A DNA stretch of 64,000 nt, taken from assembly GCA_021159185.1 (NCBI GenBank), contig JAGGSH010000012.1:1235-65234 (forward strand), written 5' to 3'. This DNA comes from a bacterium. Lineage in GTDB: Bacteria > Patescibacteriota > Minisyncoccia > Moranbacterales > UBA9337. The translations under genes and the position numbers were made by a program. Below are positions 37,927-49,482 of this stretch, piece after piece; the stretch's first letter is position 1, and each line of letters begins with the position of its first letter. A model generated the notes under the pieces. The model was not told the origin of the DNA, made no database searches, and saw only the letters and a program-made list of their open reading frames with translations.

Positions 37927-39246
37927 CTAAGTTGAATATCCCAAAAGCATTATGACTTCTGTTTCCATAGCTATTTTTTCAGCCGTGCTTTTATGAAATC
38001 CCAATCCTCCTAAAAATATTGGATCGTCCAACTTCTTTTGAAGATTTGATCGATCTGTTTTATTCTCAATTCTAAGCCTTAACAATGACTCAAATCGCAT
38101 TCTTAGGCTGTCACTTAATTTAATGTCAAAAGTATTTATTAAATAATCCATAAGTGAAACAGGAGCTATTTCTGGATTACTTTTGACTATTTCCGCTTGC
38201 TCAAACATCAATCGCGCCTTCCTGGTAAATGACTCCGCTCTTTGCTTGTTCCAATTAGCTCCGCCTTTTTCAAAATCGGCATCCAATTTTTTCTCCAAAG
38301 TTTTCGTGTTAAAATTCTTAAACAGGAATTCTCTCAATAAATTTTCCGCCGCGCTTAATTGCTCATTGGTAATTTGCGATAAAATATAATGCAACAGCTG
38401 CTTTGATTTAAATGGGACAAGCAACGCTCCCGTTTGCTGAGCGGAAAGGTTTTTGAAAGTCCTCATTAAAATTCCCAGCTCTTTTGAGACTGCAGGCTCT
38501 TCACCGATAAAAATTTCTTTCCTGATAATCTTCTTGGGTCTTTTGTCTATATTCACATCTTCCTTGATAATTTTTCCATCTTTCATATGAAGCACCCGGT
38601 CAGCGTAGTGAAGATGATCAGGATTATGGGTCACTAAAATAATTGTCTTTTTATCAGTTTCATTCAGCTCTTTTAATATTTTCATTACATTTTCCGAGGA
38701 CTCACTATCCAAATTCCCCACCGGCTCATCCGCTAAAATCACTTGGGGATCATTAGCCAGCGCCCGCGCGATTGCCACTCTCTGTTTTTGCCCCCCTGAA
38801 AGCTGGCTGGGAAACTTCTCAAACTGTTCGCTAATACTGAAACGCTGAAGCAATTTCATCCCTTCTTTGTTTCGTAATTTTCTTTTTTCCCCGCGAAATG
38901 ATTTAGGAATACAGACATTATCTATGACATTTAAAGATGGGATGAGATGAAAAGATTGAAAAATCATTCCCGTTCCGACCTGATGAAGAGCCACCTTATC
39001 CTTATTGCTCATTTGGGATATTTTTTTATCTTCTATGGTGACCTCGCCATAAGTCGGAGCTTGAAGTCCCGCGATAGAGTACAGCAGGGTTGATTTGCCG
39101 CAACCGGAGGGACCGTAAATTATAATATACTCATGAGAATATATATCTAAATTTATATCTTCCAAGGAACGAACTTCATTGGATTCTCCCTGATTATAAA
39201 TAACCCGAAGATTTTGGACTTCAATAATTGGCTGATTTTTTTTCAT
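37927..39246 (-). CDS. ABC transporter ATP-binding protein (MacB/LolD-like) with ~210-aa C-terminal extension of unknown function
   Basis: Walker [13 protein letters not shown]-loop, signature [15 protein letters not shown], Walker [12 protein letters not shown]. Residues ~230-439 have no recognisable similarity. Confidence 0.85.
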   Translation of the reverse strand: MKKNQPIIEVQNLRVIYNQGESNEVRSLEDINLDIYSHEYIIIYGPSGCGKSTLLYSIAGLQAPTYGEVTIEDKKISQMSNKDKVALHQVGTGMIFQSFHLIPSLNVIDNVCIPKSFRGEKRKLRNKEGMKLLQRFSISEQFEKFPSQLSGGQKQRVAIARALANDPQVILADEPVGNLDSESSENVMKILKELNETDKKTIILVTHNPDHLHYADRVLHMKDGKIIKEDVNIDKRPKKIIRKEIFIGEEPAVSKELGILMRTFKNLSAQQTGALLVPFKSKQLLHYILSQITNEQLSAAENLLREFLFKNFNTKTLEKKLDADFEKGGANWNKQRAESFTRKARLMFEQAEIVKSNPEIAPVSLMDYLINTFDIKLSDSLRMRFESLLRLRIENKTDRSNLQKKLDDPIFLGGLGFHKSTAEKIAMETEVIMLLGYST

Positions 39247-39310
39247 TTCTATTTTTTATTTACGCATTTTCTATACAATTATTATAGCACGATTTTTACA
39301 ATCAAATAAA

Positions 39311-40159
39311 TTATCGCTTTATTGTCGCGTAAAAAATTATTATCAGCGTTGCTAATGCCAGCCTATACCAAAAGAAGATTTTGTAATTGGATTTTTCAAC
39401 AAATTTAATCAAATATTTTATGGCTAGATAACCGCTAATGGCCGAACAAATAATTCCCAGCGCCATAGCTAAATCAAAGCCGGAAATTAGTTCTTCAAAT
39501 TTTAAAAGGCTGGCGCCGAAAACAATTGGCGTGAGCATTAAAAAGGAAAAGCGCGCTGAAGTTACTCTGTCCAATCCCCTCGCCAATCCCGCCGTGATAG
39601 TAATTCCGGAACGGGAAGTTCCCGGAACAATTGCCAGCGCCTGCGCCAGACCGATTAAAATTCCGTCCATAAAATTTATTTTTTTTAAATTTCTGCTATG
39701 TTTAAAATGCCCATCGGCTAAAAACAGGATTAGTCCCCAGAAAAATAAATTAAAAGCGATTAGTAACGGATTGCGAAAAACCGTTTCCGCTAAATTTTCC
39801 AAAAACAATCCCGCTAAAACTCCGGGAATGGTCGCGATAATTATTATCCAAAGAAAGTTGGATTGTAATTTGTAGTTTGCCTGCCTGTCCGGTAGGCAGG
39901 TAGTTTGCCTGCCTGTCCGGTAGGCAGGTAGTTTGTAGCCTTTTTTAAACGCGAGCTTAAATATAATCATCCATTCTTTCCAAAAATACGCTATTACCGC
40001 TAACAATGTTCCGAAATGCAAAGCCACATCAAAAGCCAGCCCGGGATCTTTCCAACTAAAAATCCAGGGCGCAATAATTAAATGCCCCGATGAAGAAATG
40101 GGCAAGAACTCGCTAGCGCCTTGTATAAATCCTAAGAATACTGATTGAATAATTTCCAT
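39311..40159 (-). CDS. uppP: undecaprenyl-diphosphatase
   Basis: MEIIQSVFLGFIQGASEFLPISSSGHLII is canonical UppP/BacA. Contains an in-frame hairpin tandem duplication at 39873-39936. Confidence 0.9.
   Translation of the reverse strand: MEIIQSVFLGFIQGASEFLPISSSGHLIIAPWIFSWKDPGLAFDVALHFGTLLAVIAYFWKEWMIIFKLAFKKGYKLPAYRTGRQTTCLPDRQANYKLQSNFLWIIIIATIPGVLAGLFLENLAETVFRNPLLIAFNLFFWGLILFLADGHFKHSRNLKKINFMDGILIGLAQALAIVPGTSRSGITITAGLARGLDRVTSARFSFLMLTPIVFGASLLKFEELISGFDLAMALGIICSAISGYLAIKYLIKFVEKSNYKIFFWYRLALATLIIIFYATIKR
39873..39936. repeat. tandem 28-bp duplication (2.3 copies) inside uppP
   Basis: TAGTTTGCCTGCCTGTCCGGTAGGCAGG x2 plus a partial third. Each unit is a CCTGCCTG-N-CGG-N-AGGCAGG hairpin resembling the Family A core palindrome. 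The ORF remains open. Confidence 0.85.
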
Positions 40160-40238
40160 TGAAAACGCTTGACAAAATTAAAAAATTAGAGTATGATGAA
40201 CGATACAAAAAAAATATTAACAACAAGAGGAGATAGCC

Positions 40239-40418
40239 ATGAGTAGTATATTGTTCTTTTTAGTAATTTCTCTGGGAGGAGGAGTGTTCCTCCATAAAAC
40301 TGTTTTTAAAGACTATAACCTTAAACAATTCTGGCTGGCTTTCGCCAAAGCCGGAATAGGATGCGCGTTTGTCTTCGCGCTCCCGTGGGCATTATATTTT
40401 TTAATTTTAATGTCGTGA
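40239..40418 (+). CDS. possible 59-aa hydrophobic small membrane protein
   Basis: Unlisted ORF (MSSILFFLVISLGGGVFLHK...). Strong RBS GAGGAG 7 nt upstream. A hairpin plus T-run follows at ~40430-40470. Confidence 0.35.
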   Translation: MSSILFFLVISLGGGVFLHKTVFKDYNLKQFWLAFAKAGIGCAFVFALPWALYFLILMS

Positions 40419-40533
40419 TAATCCAACCTGCCATCTCGCTTGAACTTTGAGCTTGATGGCGGTTTTTTTATTGTCTTTCGAAATTTTAATTTCGTCCAGA
40501 CAATAAATCCGCCTTTAGCGGATACCGTTCCGC

Positions 40534-43059
40534 TTAAACCACAATATTAACCAACCGCCCCTTTATAAAAATAATCTTCTTAATTTCTTTTCCGCCAATG
40601 TGCTTCTGGATTTTTTCACTGGCTAAAACTTTTTCCTTGGCTTCTTCTTCGGAAATATCCGCCGGCGCTTGAATTTTATCCCGCACTTTCCCGTTAACTT
40701 GCGCCACTATTTCAATCATCTCATCCTTAACCATATCCGGATCATATTTTGGCCATTTTTGGTTAAAAATTGATTCCACCGGTTCTCCCCCTTTCTTAAA
40801 GGGAGAGCTAGGGGAAGATTTTAAGGCGTTAAACAACTCTTCGGCGATAAACGGAGCAAACGGCGAAAGCAAAATCAAAAATTTCTCCATCGCTTCCCTC
40901 GGCAGTACTTTGTGCCTGGGGCATTCATTTATAAAAATCATCAATTTACTGATCGCCGTATTAAATTTCAATCCCTCAACATCTTCTGTCACGCCCTTGA
41001 TGGTCTTGTGCAATAATCTTGACAACTCTTTGGACGCATTGGAAGTCGGAAACTTAAAATTTTGGAAAAGATTATAAATCTTTTCCAGAAACCGATAAAC
41101 TCCCTTTACCCCTTCTTCATTCCATGTTACATCCTCCTCCAACGGTCCGGCGAACATCATATACATTCTAGTAGCATCCGCGCCGAATTTTTTAACCATA
41201 TCATTAGGATTAACCACATTACCCTTGGACTTGCTCATCTTCACTCCGTTTTTATCCAAAACCATTCCTTGATGGCGAAGTTTTATGAAGGGTTCATCAA
41301 ACTCCAATAATCCCATCCCGTGCATCGCTTTCACGAAAAAGCGCGCGTATAAAAGATGCATATAAGTATGCTCCGCCCCGCCGATATATAAATCCACTGG
41401 CAGCCAGCGTTTTAATTTTTCTTTTGAACAAAATTCTTTTTCATTCTCCGTATCCGGATAACGCAAGAAATACCAGGAAGAATCCACAAAGGTGTCCATC
41501 GTGTCCGCTTCCGGCGTCCATCCTTTGCCAAAAATTTTCTCTGTTCGTTTTTTTAATTCTTTAGACTTCGCTAACGGCGCTTCGCCAGTTGGCGTGAAAT
41601 TAACATCCTCCGGCAGCAACCACGGCAAATTTTCCTCGCCGACAAATTTCGCTTCTCCTTCCGGAGAATAAACAATCGGGATCGGACAACCCCAATATCG
41701 CTGGCGGGAAATTGACCAATCTCGCAAGCGATAATTCATCGTCATCTTCCCGCCAATAAATTCCGTAATTGCCCTCTTCGCTTCCTCGCTATCCATTCCG
41801 TCAAATTTGCCGGAATTGATTAAAATTCCGGAACCGACATAAACTTCACAATCTTCTTTACTGTTCCTTGTTCCTTGTTCTCTGTTCCTTGTTCTCTGTT
41901 CCTTATTCTCTGATTCAATCACCTCTCTAACCGGCAAATTATATTTTTTCGCAAACTCAAAATCCCTTTCATCGTGCGCCGGAACTGCCATAATCGCGCC
42001 GGTACCGTAACCGCCCAAAACATAATCCGCTGTAAAAATTGGAATCTTCTCACCATTAGCCGGATTTATAGCAACTAATCCCTCTAATTTAACGCCTGTT
42101 TTTTCTTTGCTTTCCAATCGCTCCATTTCTGTTTTGTTTTTCGCTCGCTCAATATATCTTTTTACATCCTCGTGATTCCTAATCATTAAATCATTATTCT
42201 CGGGGAGTGAAGCGACAAATTTATGTTCCGGCGCCAACACTAAATAAGTCGCCCCGAAAAGCGTGTCTGGTCTGGTTGTAAAAACTTTAATGAAATTTTC
42301 ATTCTTTTGAATTTTGGATTTTGGGTTTGATTTGGATAATTTGGATTTTGAAATAATTTGAAATTTTATAATTGCTCCTTCACTTTTGCCAATCCACGCT
42401 CTCTGGTTTTTCTTAGTCGCTTCCGGCCAGTCAACTTTATCTAAATCCTTAATTAAATCCTCGGCAAATCCGGTAATTTTAAAAAACCAACCCGGAACTT
42501 CTTTTTGTTTAATTTTCGTTTTGCACCGCTCGCACTTTCCATCTGCTACCTGTTCATTGGCAATCACCGTCTGGCAAGATGGGCACCAATTGATTTCATC
42601 GGTTTTTCTCTTAACTAATCCATTCTCAAAAAATTTGCCGAAAATCCATTGGGTCCATTTATAATAAGACGGGCTGGAAGTTCGGATTAAATTTGAAAAG
42701 TCATAGCCAAATCCCAGCATTTTCATCTGCTTAATGTAATTTTTTATGTTCTTTTCGGTAGTTTTTTTTGGATGAACGCCGGTTTTAATCGCGTAATTTT
42801 CCGCCGGCAAACCGAAAGAATCAAATCCTTGCCGATGCAAAACATCATATCCCTGCAGTTTTTTAAAGCGGTAAATTATATCCGAAGCCGTGTAAGATTC
42901 CGTATGCCCCATATGCAAACCGTCTCCCGAAGGATACGGAAACATATCCAAAATATAATACTTCGGCTTCTTCTTATTTCCTTTGGTTTTATAAAGCCCC
43001 TTTTCCTCCCAATATTTTCTCCATTTCCGCTCTATTTTTGAAAAGTTATATTTTACCAT
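40534..43059 (-). CDS. leuS: leucyl-tRNA synthetase
   Basis: HMGH motif (PYPSGDGLHMGHTESYT), KMSKS (VKMSKSKGN), CP1 editing domain, C-terminal anticodon-binding region. Contains two low-complexity insertions encoded by repeats (41861-41917 and 42290-42370). Confidence 0.95.
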   Translation of the reverse strand: MVKYNFSKIERKWRKYWEEKGLYKTKGNKKKPKYYILDMFPYPSGDGLHMGHTESYTASDIIYRFKKLQGYDVLHRQGFDSFGLPAENYAIKTGVHPKKTTEKNIKNYIKQMKMLGFGYDFSNLIRTSSPSYYKWTQWIFGKFFENGLVKRKTDEINWCPSCQTVIANEQVADGKCERCKTKIKQKEVPGWFFKITGFAEDLIKDLDKVDWPEATKKNQRAWIGKSEGAIIKFQIISKSKLSKSNPKSKIQKNENFIKVFTTRPDTLFGATYLVLAPEHKFVASLPENNDLMIRNHEDVKRYIERAKNKTEMERLESKEKTGVKLEGLVAINPANGEKIPIFTADYVLGGYGTGAIMAVPAHDERDFEFAKKYNLPVREVIESENKEQRTRNREQGTRNSKEDCEVYVGSGILINSGKFDGMDSEEAKRAITEFIGGKMTMNYRLRDWSISRQRYWGCPIPIVYSPEGEAKFVGEENLPWLLPEDVNFTPTGEAPLAKSKELKKRTEKIFGKGWTPEADTMDTFVDSSWYFLRYPDTENEKEFCSKEKLKRWLPVDLYIGGAEHTYMHLLYARFFVKAMHGMGLLEFDEPFIKLRHQGMVLDKNGVKMSKSKGNVVNPNDMVKKFGADATRMYMMFAGPLEEDVTWNEEGVKGVYRFLEKIYNLFQNFKFPTSNASKELSRLLHKTIKGVTEDVEGLKFNTAISKLMIFINECPRHKVLPREAMEKFLILLSPFAPFIAEELFNALKSSPSSPFKKGGEPVESIFNQKWPKYDPDMVKDEMIEIVAQVNGKVRDKIQAPADISEEEAKEKVLASEKIQKHIGGKEIKKIIFIKGRLVNIVV
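41861..41917. repeat. tandem 14-nt repeat (CTGTTCCTTGTTCT)x~3.5 inside leuS
   Basis: Encodes EQRTRNREQGTRNS within LeuS. Confidence 0.75.
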
Positions 43060-43149
43060 TACCTAGTTACTGATTACTAGTTATCCAGCCGTGCCAGATC
43101 TAGCATAGCTAGACTGATTACTACTCTATCCCAATTTTCCTTTTTAATT

Positions 43150-44094
43150 TTAAGTTCTTATTTTTCTGTAAATTTTCTTCCCAATCCAATAAATTATCCA
43201 CAAAATCAGTAAAAACGCGGCAATAGAAGGAATTTTTACGATAATAAAATAAATCAGGCTGTCAATGAAACTTTGCGTGTTTTTAATTAAAGTCTTGACT
43301 GAACTTTTCACCGCTTGCCACGGCCGCCAGCCTTCGCCAACCGGAGATATTTCCACATCCTCGCTTAAATTCACGGTGATGATTGACATATTTGTTTGGG
43401 ATTCCAGATATTTTATCCTCCCTTCCAGCCTTTCAATTTCCCCTCTTACTCTTGAGATCTCTTTGGTAACTTTTAGCACATCTTCAATTTTTCCCGCTCG
43501 GTCTAAAATTTTGACAAAAGCTTGTTCTTCCGCCCGCTTATTTTTTAGCTGCGCTTGGAGATCGGCGTATTGCTCCGTCACGTCTTTGCCCGTAGTTGAT
43601 TCACTGACTACTTGCGTAGCTACCTTTTTAATCGCTTCTATGGTTTCTTCAAATTTATCCACTGGAACTTTTACCGTTATTGTTCCGCTTTTTAAACCCC
43701 CGATACTTTCATAAAACCTGGATGAAAAGACTTCTCCTCCTTTAGATTTAGCAATTTCTGAAATCTTTTTGGCGGACTCTTCAGTTTTCGCCACTTTCAA
43801 TGAAAGGTCTCCATTTTTTATCACGCGCTTGCCTTGAAATTCATCCTTGCCGCCGTCCGCGGCGCTTCTTAATTTTATTGAATCTTCCATTTTGGTTTCT
43901 CTCATCTCAGGCGCCGGAATTTTGGAAGGTTTTGCCAAATTAACGCCTTGCAATAATTTATTCGGCTTCTCTTTGAAATTATAAGCCGCTTTATTAGAGA
44001 TATCGCCGTAAAATAAGTTAAAGACTCCGTAAAACAGCAGCGCCCCAATAATTATCCCCACTATTTTTAACCATCTTTTGATTTTCTCGTTCAT
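43150..44094 (-). CDS. DUF4349-like membrane protein (N- and C-terminal TM helices, central coiled-coil)
   Basis: Pattern IKNGDLSLKV..EESAKKISEIAKSKGGEV.SS........TITVKVP.DKFEETIEAIKK....VSESTTGKDVTEQYADLQAQLKN..AEE....IL.RAG.IEDVLKV..EISRVRGEIERLEG matches DUF4349 architecture. Confidence 0.6.
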   Translation of the reverse strand: MNEKIKRWLKIVGIIIGALLFYGVFNLFYGDISNKAAYNFKEKPNKLLQGVNLAKPSKIPAPEMRETKMEDSIKLRSAADGGKDEFQGKRVIKNGDLSLKVAKTEESAKKISEIAKSKGGEVFSSRFYESIGGLKSGTITVKVPVDKFEETIEAIKKVATQVVSESTTGKDVTEQYADLQAQLKNKRAEEQAFVKILDRAGKIEDVLKVTKEISRVRGEIERLEGRIKYLESQTNMSIITVNLSEDVEISPVGEGWRPWQAVKSSVKTLIKNTQSFIDSLIYFIIVKIPSIAAFLLILWIIYWIGKKIYRKIRT

Positions 44095-44227
44095 AAATTT
44101 ATTTTATTGATTACATTTTTAACTGCTTTAATTATAACAAAGAATAAGAAAAATAAAAAATCGCAAGTTAAATACCAGCGGTTTTATAATTCATTTAGGA
44201 AATACCGATTTTATAAATCTGAAAAAA

Positions 44228-44623
44228 TTACTTCGGCTTTAATGACGAATGGTGATGAATGATTTTCCACTCGCCGTTTTTATTTTTTTGCCAGACAAAA
44301 GTAAATCTCGCCCGAATAATTTCGCGATTGCCATTTTTCCCCATTTTAAAATCATACATTCCGGAATATATTAAAGTTTTTCCGTCTTCGGATATCTGGG
44401 CTTCCGATTTAACGACTCGGCTTACTGGACCCTTTTGCAAAAAATGCTTAAAATATTCTTCAGCGCCGCTTAAACCTTTTTTAAAATCGCCGCTTAAAGT
44501 GGGCAGAAAAGCATTTTTAGCGCTGTATAATTCCGCTACTTTACGAGAATTCTTCGTTCGCAACGCTTCATTCCAGCGTTTAAAATTTTCTTCCGCGATT
44601 TTTTTAGCTCCTTTCCGCGCCAT
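44228..44623 (-). CDS. NTF2-like / SnoaL-like (DUF4440-type) small protein
   Basis: C-terminal ARFTFVWQKNKNGEWKIIHHHSS is typical of DUF4440/SgcJ-EcaC NTF2-fold proteins. Confidence 0.5.
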   Translation of the reverse strand: MARKGAKKIAEENFKRWNEALRTKNSRKVAELYSAKNAFLPTLSGDFKKGLSGAEEYFKHFLQKGPVSRVVKSEAQISEDGKTLIYSGMYDFKMGKNGNREIIRARFTFVWQKNKNGEWKIIHHHSSLKPK

Positions 44624-44627
44624 ACTC

Positions 44628-45047
44628 TTATTTTTTTAAATATCGTTTGGCTACCTTCACGCGCGCCAATTCTTTTTCCAACATCGCCGCCACACGGGCG
44701 TATTCCACTTCGTCCATTGACACTCTCTGTTTTTTAATATCTTCCGCTCTTTTTTTGGCTTCTTCCGCTCTCTCCAAATCAATTTCTTCCGCTCTTTCCG
44801 CCGTATCGGCTAAAACTATCAGTTCATTATTATGAAATTCTATGAACCCGCCGGAAATCGCCAAATCAATTTCTTTTTCCTCGTTTTTTTTCTTTAAGAT
44901 AATTTCTCCCGATTTTAAGAACGCAATATATGACCGATGGTTCGGCAGAATCGTCACTTCTCCGTCCGCCACCGGCAAAGTAGCTTGATAAATTTCATCT
45001 TCATAAACCGTTTTTTCGGGGGTGGTAATTTTGAATTTTATATTCAT
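44628..45047 (-). CDS. atpC: F-type ATP synthase subunit epsilon
   Basis: Beta-sandwich N-terminus (TPEKTVYEDEIYQATLPVADGEVTILPNH) and a helical C-terminus. Position after atpD. Confidence 0.9.
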   Translation of the reverse strand: MNIKFKITTPEKTVYEDEIYQATLPVADGEVTILPNHRSYIAFLKSGEIILKKKNEEKEIDLAISGGFIEFHNNELIVLADTAERAEEIDLERAEEAKKRAEDIKKQRVSMDEVEYARVAAMLEKELARVKVAKRYLKK

Positions 45048-45059
45048 ACCGCTTGTCGC

Positions 45060-46475
<1,416 letters not shown>

Positions 46476-46494
46476 TCAAATTTTAAATTATTTA

Positions 46495-47451
46495 TTATTC
46501 TAGCGCCGCTCGTCCCGCGCTGATTTCCGCGATTTCTTGGGTAATTTTCATTTGCCTGATTTGATTGTACGCCAGATTTAATCCTTCTGACATTTCACCG
46601 GCTGCTTCCGTCGCGTTCCTCATCGCCACCATCCGCGCTGATTCTTTGGACGCGTTAGATTCTAAAATCGCGTGGTAAATCTGCATTTCAATAAGCCTTG
46701 GGAAAATGTGAGTAAGCACTTCTTTCGGATTAGGCTCCACTTTATATTCAGACTCCGGTTCATCTAATTTACGCTCTTTAGTTGAATCACTCATTTCAGA
46801 AATTTGTTTTTCCAGATCAGTTTTGCTTATGGGTAAAATTTGTCTTATTTTAGTTTGCTGAACCATTGTGGAAACATAATCAGTATAAACAATCACGGCC
46901 TTATCATATTTTTTGGCTAGATATTCATCTATAACCATTTTTGACAATGGCCGCACGCTCTCAATATCAGGAAGGTAGGTTAGCTCCGGGAAAGAAGCGA
47001 CAATATTTTTTCCCAGTTTCCGCGCCAGACTTTCGCCTTTTTTTCCTACGGTTATAAAATCTATTGCTAATTCTTTATCAGAAACACTTGACTTAATTTT
47101 TTTATCTCCTATTCTATTGATTTTTAACTCTTTCGGATTATTTATTTCTTCTTTGACTTTTTTAATAACTTGCGCGTTAAACGATCCACAAAGTCCTCTA
47201 TTGGATGTGATGATTATGGCTAAAATATTTTTTACCTCTCTCGCTTCCAAGAGCCCGGATTCATACTCCCCGAAAGCTCTGGCTAAATTACCCAATACGC
47301 TCCAAGCACTATGGGCGTAAGGGCGAATTCGCAAAACACTTTCTGTCGCTTTTCTCATTTTAACAGCCGACACCATTTCCATCGCCCGCGTTATTTTGCC
47401 GGTGTTTTTTATAGACTTTATCCGCCTTTTAATATCTTTTCCGTTTGACAT
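46495..47451 (-). CDS. atpG: F-type ATP synthase subunit gamma
   Basis: N-terminal IKRRIKSIKNTGKITRAMEMVSAVKMRKA and C-terminal ITQEIAEISAGRAALE are canonical gamma. Confidence 0.92.
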   Translation of the reverse strand: MSNGKDIKRRIKSIKNTGKITRAMEMVSAVKMRKATESVLRIRPYAHSAWSVLGNLARAFGEYESGLLEAREVKNILAIIITSNRGLCGSFNAQVIKKVKEEINNPKELKINRIGDKKIKSSVSDKELAIDFITVGKKGESLARKLGKNIVASFPELTYLPDIESVRPLSKMVIDEYLAKKYDKAVIVYTDYVSTMVQQTKIRQILPISKTDLEKQISEMSDSTKERKLDEPESEYKVEPNPKEVLTHIFPRLIEMQIYHAILESNASKESARMVAMRNATEAAGEMSEGLNLAYNQIRQMKITQEIAEISAGRAALE

Positions 47452-47454
47452 AAA

Positions 47455-49005
47455 TTATCCCTGATAAATCTCCTTAAACCCTTCAATCGCTTTCTTTAAT
47501 TTCTTAACAACTTTATCAGTTAAATCTTGCTCTTTTTTAATTAAATCCAGCGTTTCTTTGTGGGTGGATTTCAAATATTTATGAAAATCTCTCTCCCAGT
47601 CGGAAACTTTTTCCGCCTTTACATCATCAATATATCCCTGCGTTAATGCGTATAAAACAGCCACTTGATTCTCCACCGATATCGGTTCATACTGCGCTTG
47701 TTTTAAAACTTCTACCGTTCTTTTTCCTCTTTCTATTTGCTTTCTGGTTTTTTCGTCCAAGTCCGATCCAAATTGGGCAAAAGCTTCCAGTTCTCTGAAC
47801 TGCGCTAAGTCCAATCTCAATTTTCCCGCCACCTTTTTCATAGCTTTGATTTGCGCCGCCGAGCCTACTCGTGAAACGCTCAAGCCCACATTAAGAGCCG
47901 GCCTTATGCCTTTATAGAATAAATCGGATTCCAAATAAATTTGTCCGTCGGTAATAGAAATAACATTAGTGGGAATGTAAGCGCTCACATCTCCCGCCTG
48001 AGTTTCAATAATGGGAAGCGCGGTAATAGAACCTCCGCCCAAATCATCGTTAAGTTTAGCGCTTCTTTCCAGCAGACGGGAATGGAGATAAAAAATATCT
48101 CCCGGATAAGCTTCCCGTCCCGGCGGCCGTTTGAGAATAAGCGAGATCTGGCGATACGCCCAAGCGTGCTTTGACAAATCATCATACACTATCAAAACAT
48201 CTTTACCCTGATCCATAAAATATTCTCCGATAGCACATCCGGCGTAAGGAGCGATAAATGAAAAAGAAGCCGGATCAGACGCCCCGGCCACTACTACAAT
48301 CGTGTGCTCCATAGCTCCGTTCTTTTCTAATTCAGCCACAATTCTGGCTACTTTTGATTCTTTTTGTCCAATGGCTACATAAATGCAAACCACATCTTCG
48401 CCGGACTGATTTATAATCGCATCAATAGCAATAGCCGTTTTTCCCGTTTGACGATCGCCGATAATCAGCTCTCTCTGTCCCCGCCCGATAGGAATCATAG
48501 CGTCAATAGCTTTAATTCCGGTCTGCACCGGCTGATAAACCGATTTTCTGGCAATTACTCCCGGAGCATTTTTTTCAATCGGGTAAAACTTATCCGATTT
48601 TATTTCTTCTTTACCATCAATCGCGAATCCCAAGGGATTAACCACTCGTCCGATCATTTTTTCCGCCACTGGAACTGAAAGAATTCGTCCGGTTGATTTT
48701 ACTTCATCTCCTTCTTTTATTCCCTTGTAATCCCCCAATACCATCGCTCCCACTTGATCTTCTTCCAAATTGAGAGCCACTCCCAAAATTGTTTTTTCCG
48801 TATCAGTCCGCGCGGAATCCGCGTCAGTCCGTGTTGTGGTAAATTCCAGCATTTCTGACGCCATAGCGTCGGATAATCCGGAAATTTTAGCCACGCCGTC
48901 CCCTATCTCAACCACTGTCCCGACTTTTTCCGTTTTGGTTTCCGTTTTAATTCCTTCAACTTGTTTTTTAAGCTGTTCAATTATGTAATCTTTTTGACTT
49001 GACAT
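47455..49005 (-). CDS. atpA: F-type ATP synthase subunit alpha
   Basis: [22 protein letters not shown] Walker A region, collinear with AtpA. Confidence 0.95.
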   Translation of the reverse strand: MSSQKDYIIEQLKKQVEGIKTETKTEKVGTVVEIGDGVAKISGLSDAMASEMLEFTTTRTDADSARTDTEKTILGVALNLEEDQVGAMVLGDYKGIKEGDEVKSTGRILSVPVAEKMIGRVVNPLGFAIDGKEEIKSDKFYPIEKNAPGVIARKSVYQPVQTGIKAIDAMIPIGRGQRELIIGDRQTGKTAIAIDAIINQSGEDVVCIYVAIGQKESKVARIVAELEKNGAMEHTIVVVAGASDPASFSFIAPYAGCAIGEYFMDQGKDVLIVYDDLSKHAWAYRQISLILKRPPGREAYPGDIFYLHSRLLERSAKLNDDLGGGSITALPIIETQAGDVSAYIPTNVISITDGQIYLESDLFYKGIRPALNVGLSVSRVGSAAQIKAMKKVAGKLRLDLAQFRELEAFAQFGSDLDEKTRKQIERGKRTVEVLKQAQYEPISVENQVAVLYALTQGYIDDVKAEKVSDWERDFHKYLKSTHKETLDLIKKEQDLTDKVVKKLKKAIEGFKEIYQG

Positions 49006-49021
49006 ATTTTTTCATTTATTA

Positions 49022-49423
49022 TTATTTTCTCAAATTTTCTTTTAATTTTCGCAACTTTCCTGCCACACTTCCATCCATTATCTCATCGCCTACTTTTATA
49101 ATAATTCCGCCCTTTATATTTCCATCAACTCTATTTTTTAAAACTACTTTTTTTGCTTTGTATTTTTCTTTAATATAATTTTCTGCTTTGCAAACTTGGT
49201 AACTTTCCAATCCGCGCGCGCTAACAACTTCCGCTTCTATAATTCCGTTTTGTTCGTTCCAAATTTCATTAAACTTTTCAATAATTTTATTAGTCAATTT
49301 TAACTGGCCGCCTCTTTTTAATTCCTCCGCGAATTTTATTATCACGCCACCAACATCCGCCTCGCTTTTGCCACCAGTTAAATCATATAAAGCCTGCGCG
49401 TATTGTTTGGCTGAAATTTTCAT
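49022..49423 (-). CDS. atpH: F-type ATP synthase subunit delta (short form)
   Basis: Small helical protein in the delta position between atpF and atpA. Weak OSCP-like C-terminal pattern. Confidence 0.75.
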   Translation of the reverse strand: MKISAKQYAQALYDLTGGKSEADVGGVIIKFAEELKRGGQLKLTNKIIEKFNEIWNEQNGIIEAEVVSARGLESYQVCKAENYIKEKYKAKKVVLKNRVDGNIKGGIIIKVGDEIMDGSVAGKLRKLKENLRK

Positions 49424-49430
49424 AAAAATG

Positions 49431-49482
49431 TATGGCTTATGGCTTATGGCTTATGGCTTATGGCTTATGGCTTATGGCTTAT
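49431..49482. repeat. tandem 8-nt microsatellite (TTATGGCT)x~6.5
   Basis: Perfect octamer array spanning the atpF stop codon (the repeat reverse complement AAGCCATAAGCCATAA provides ...SHKP-stop) and ending 8 nt before the atpH start codon. Confidence 0.9.
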
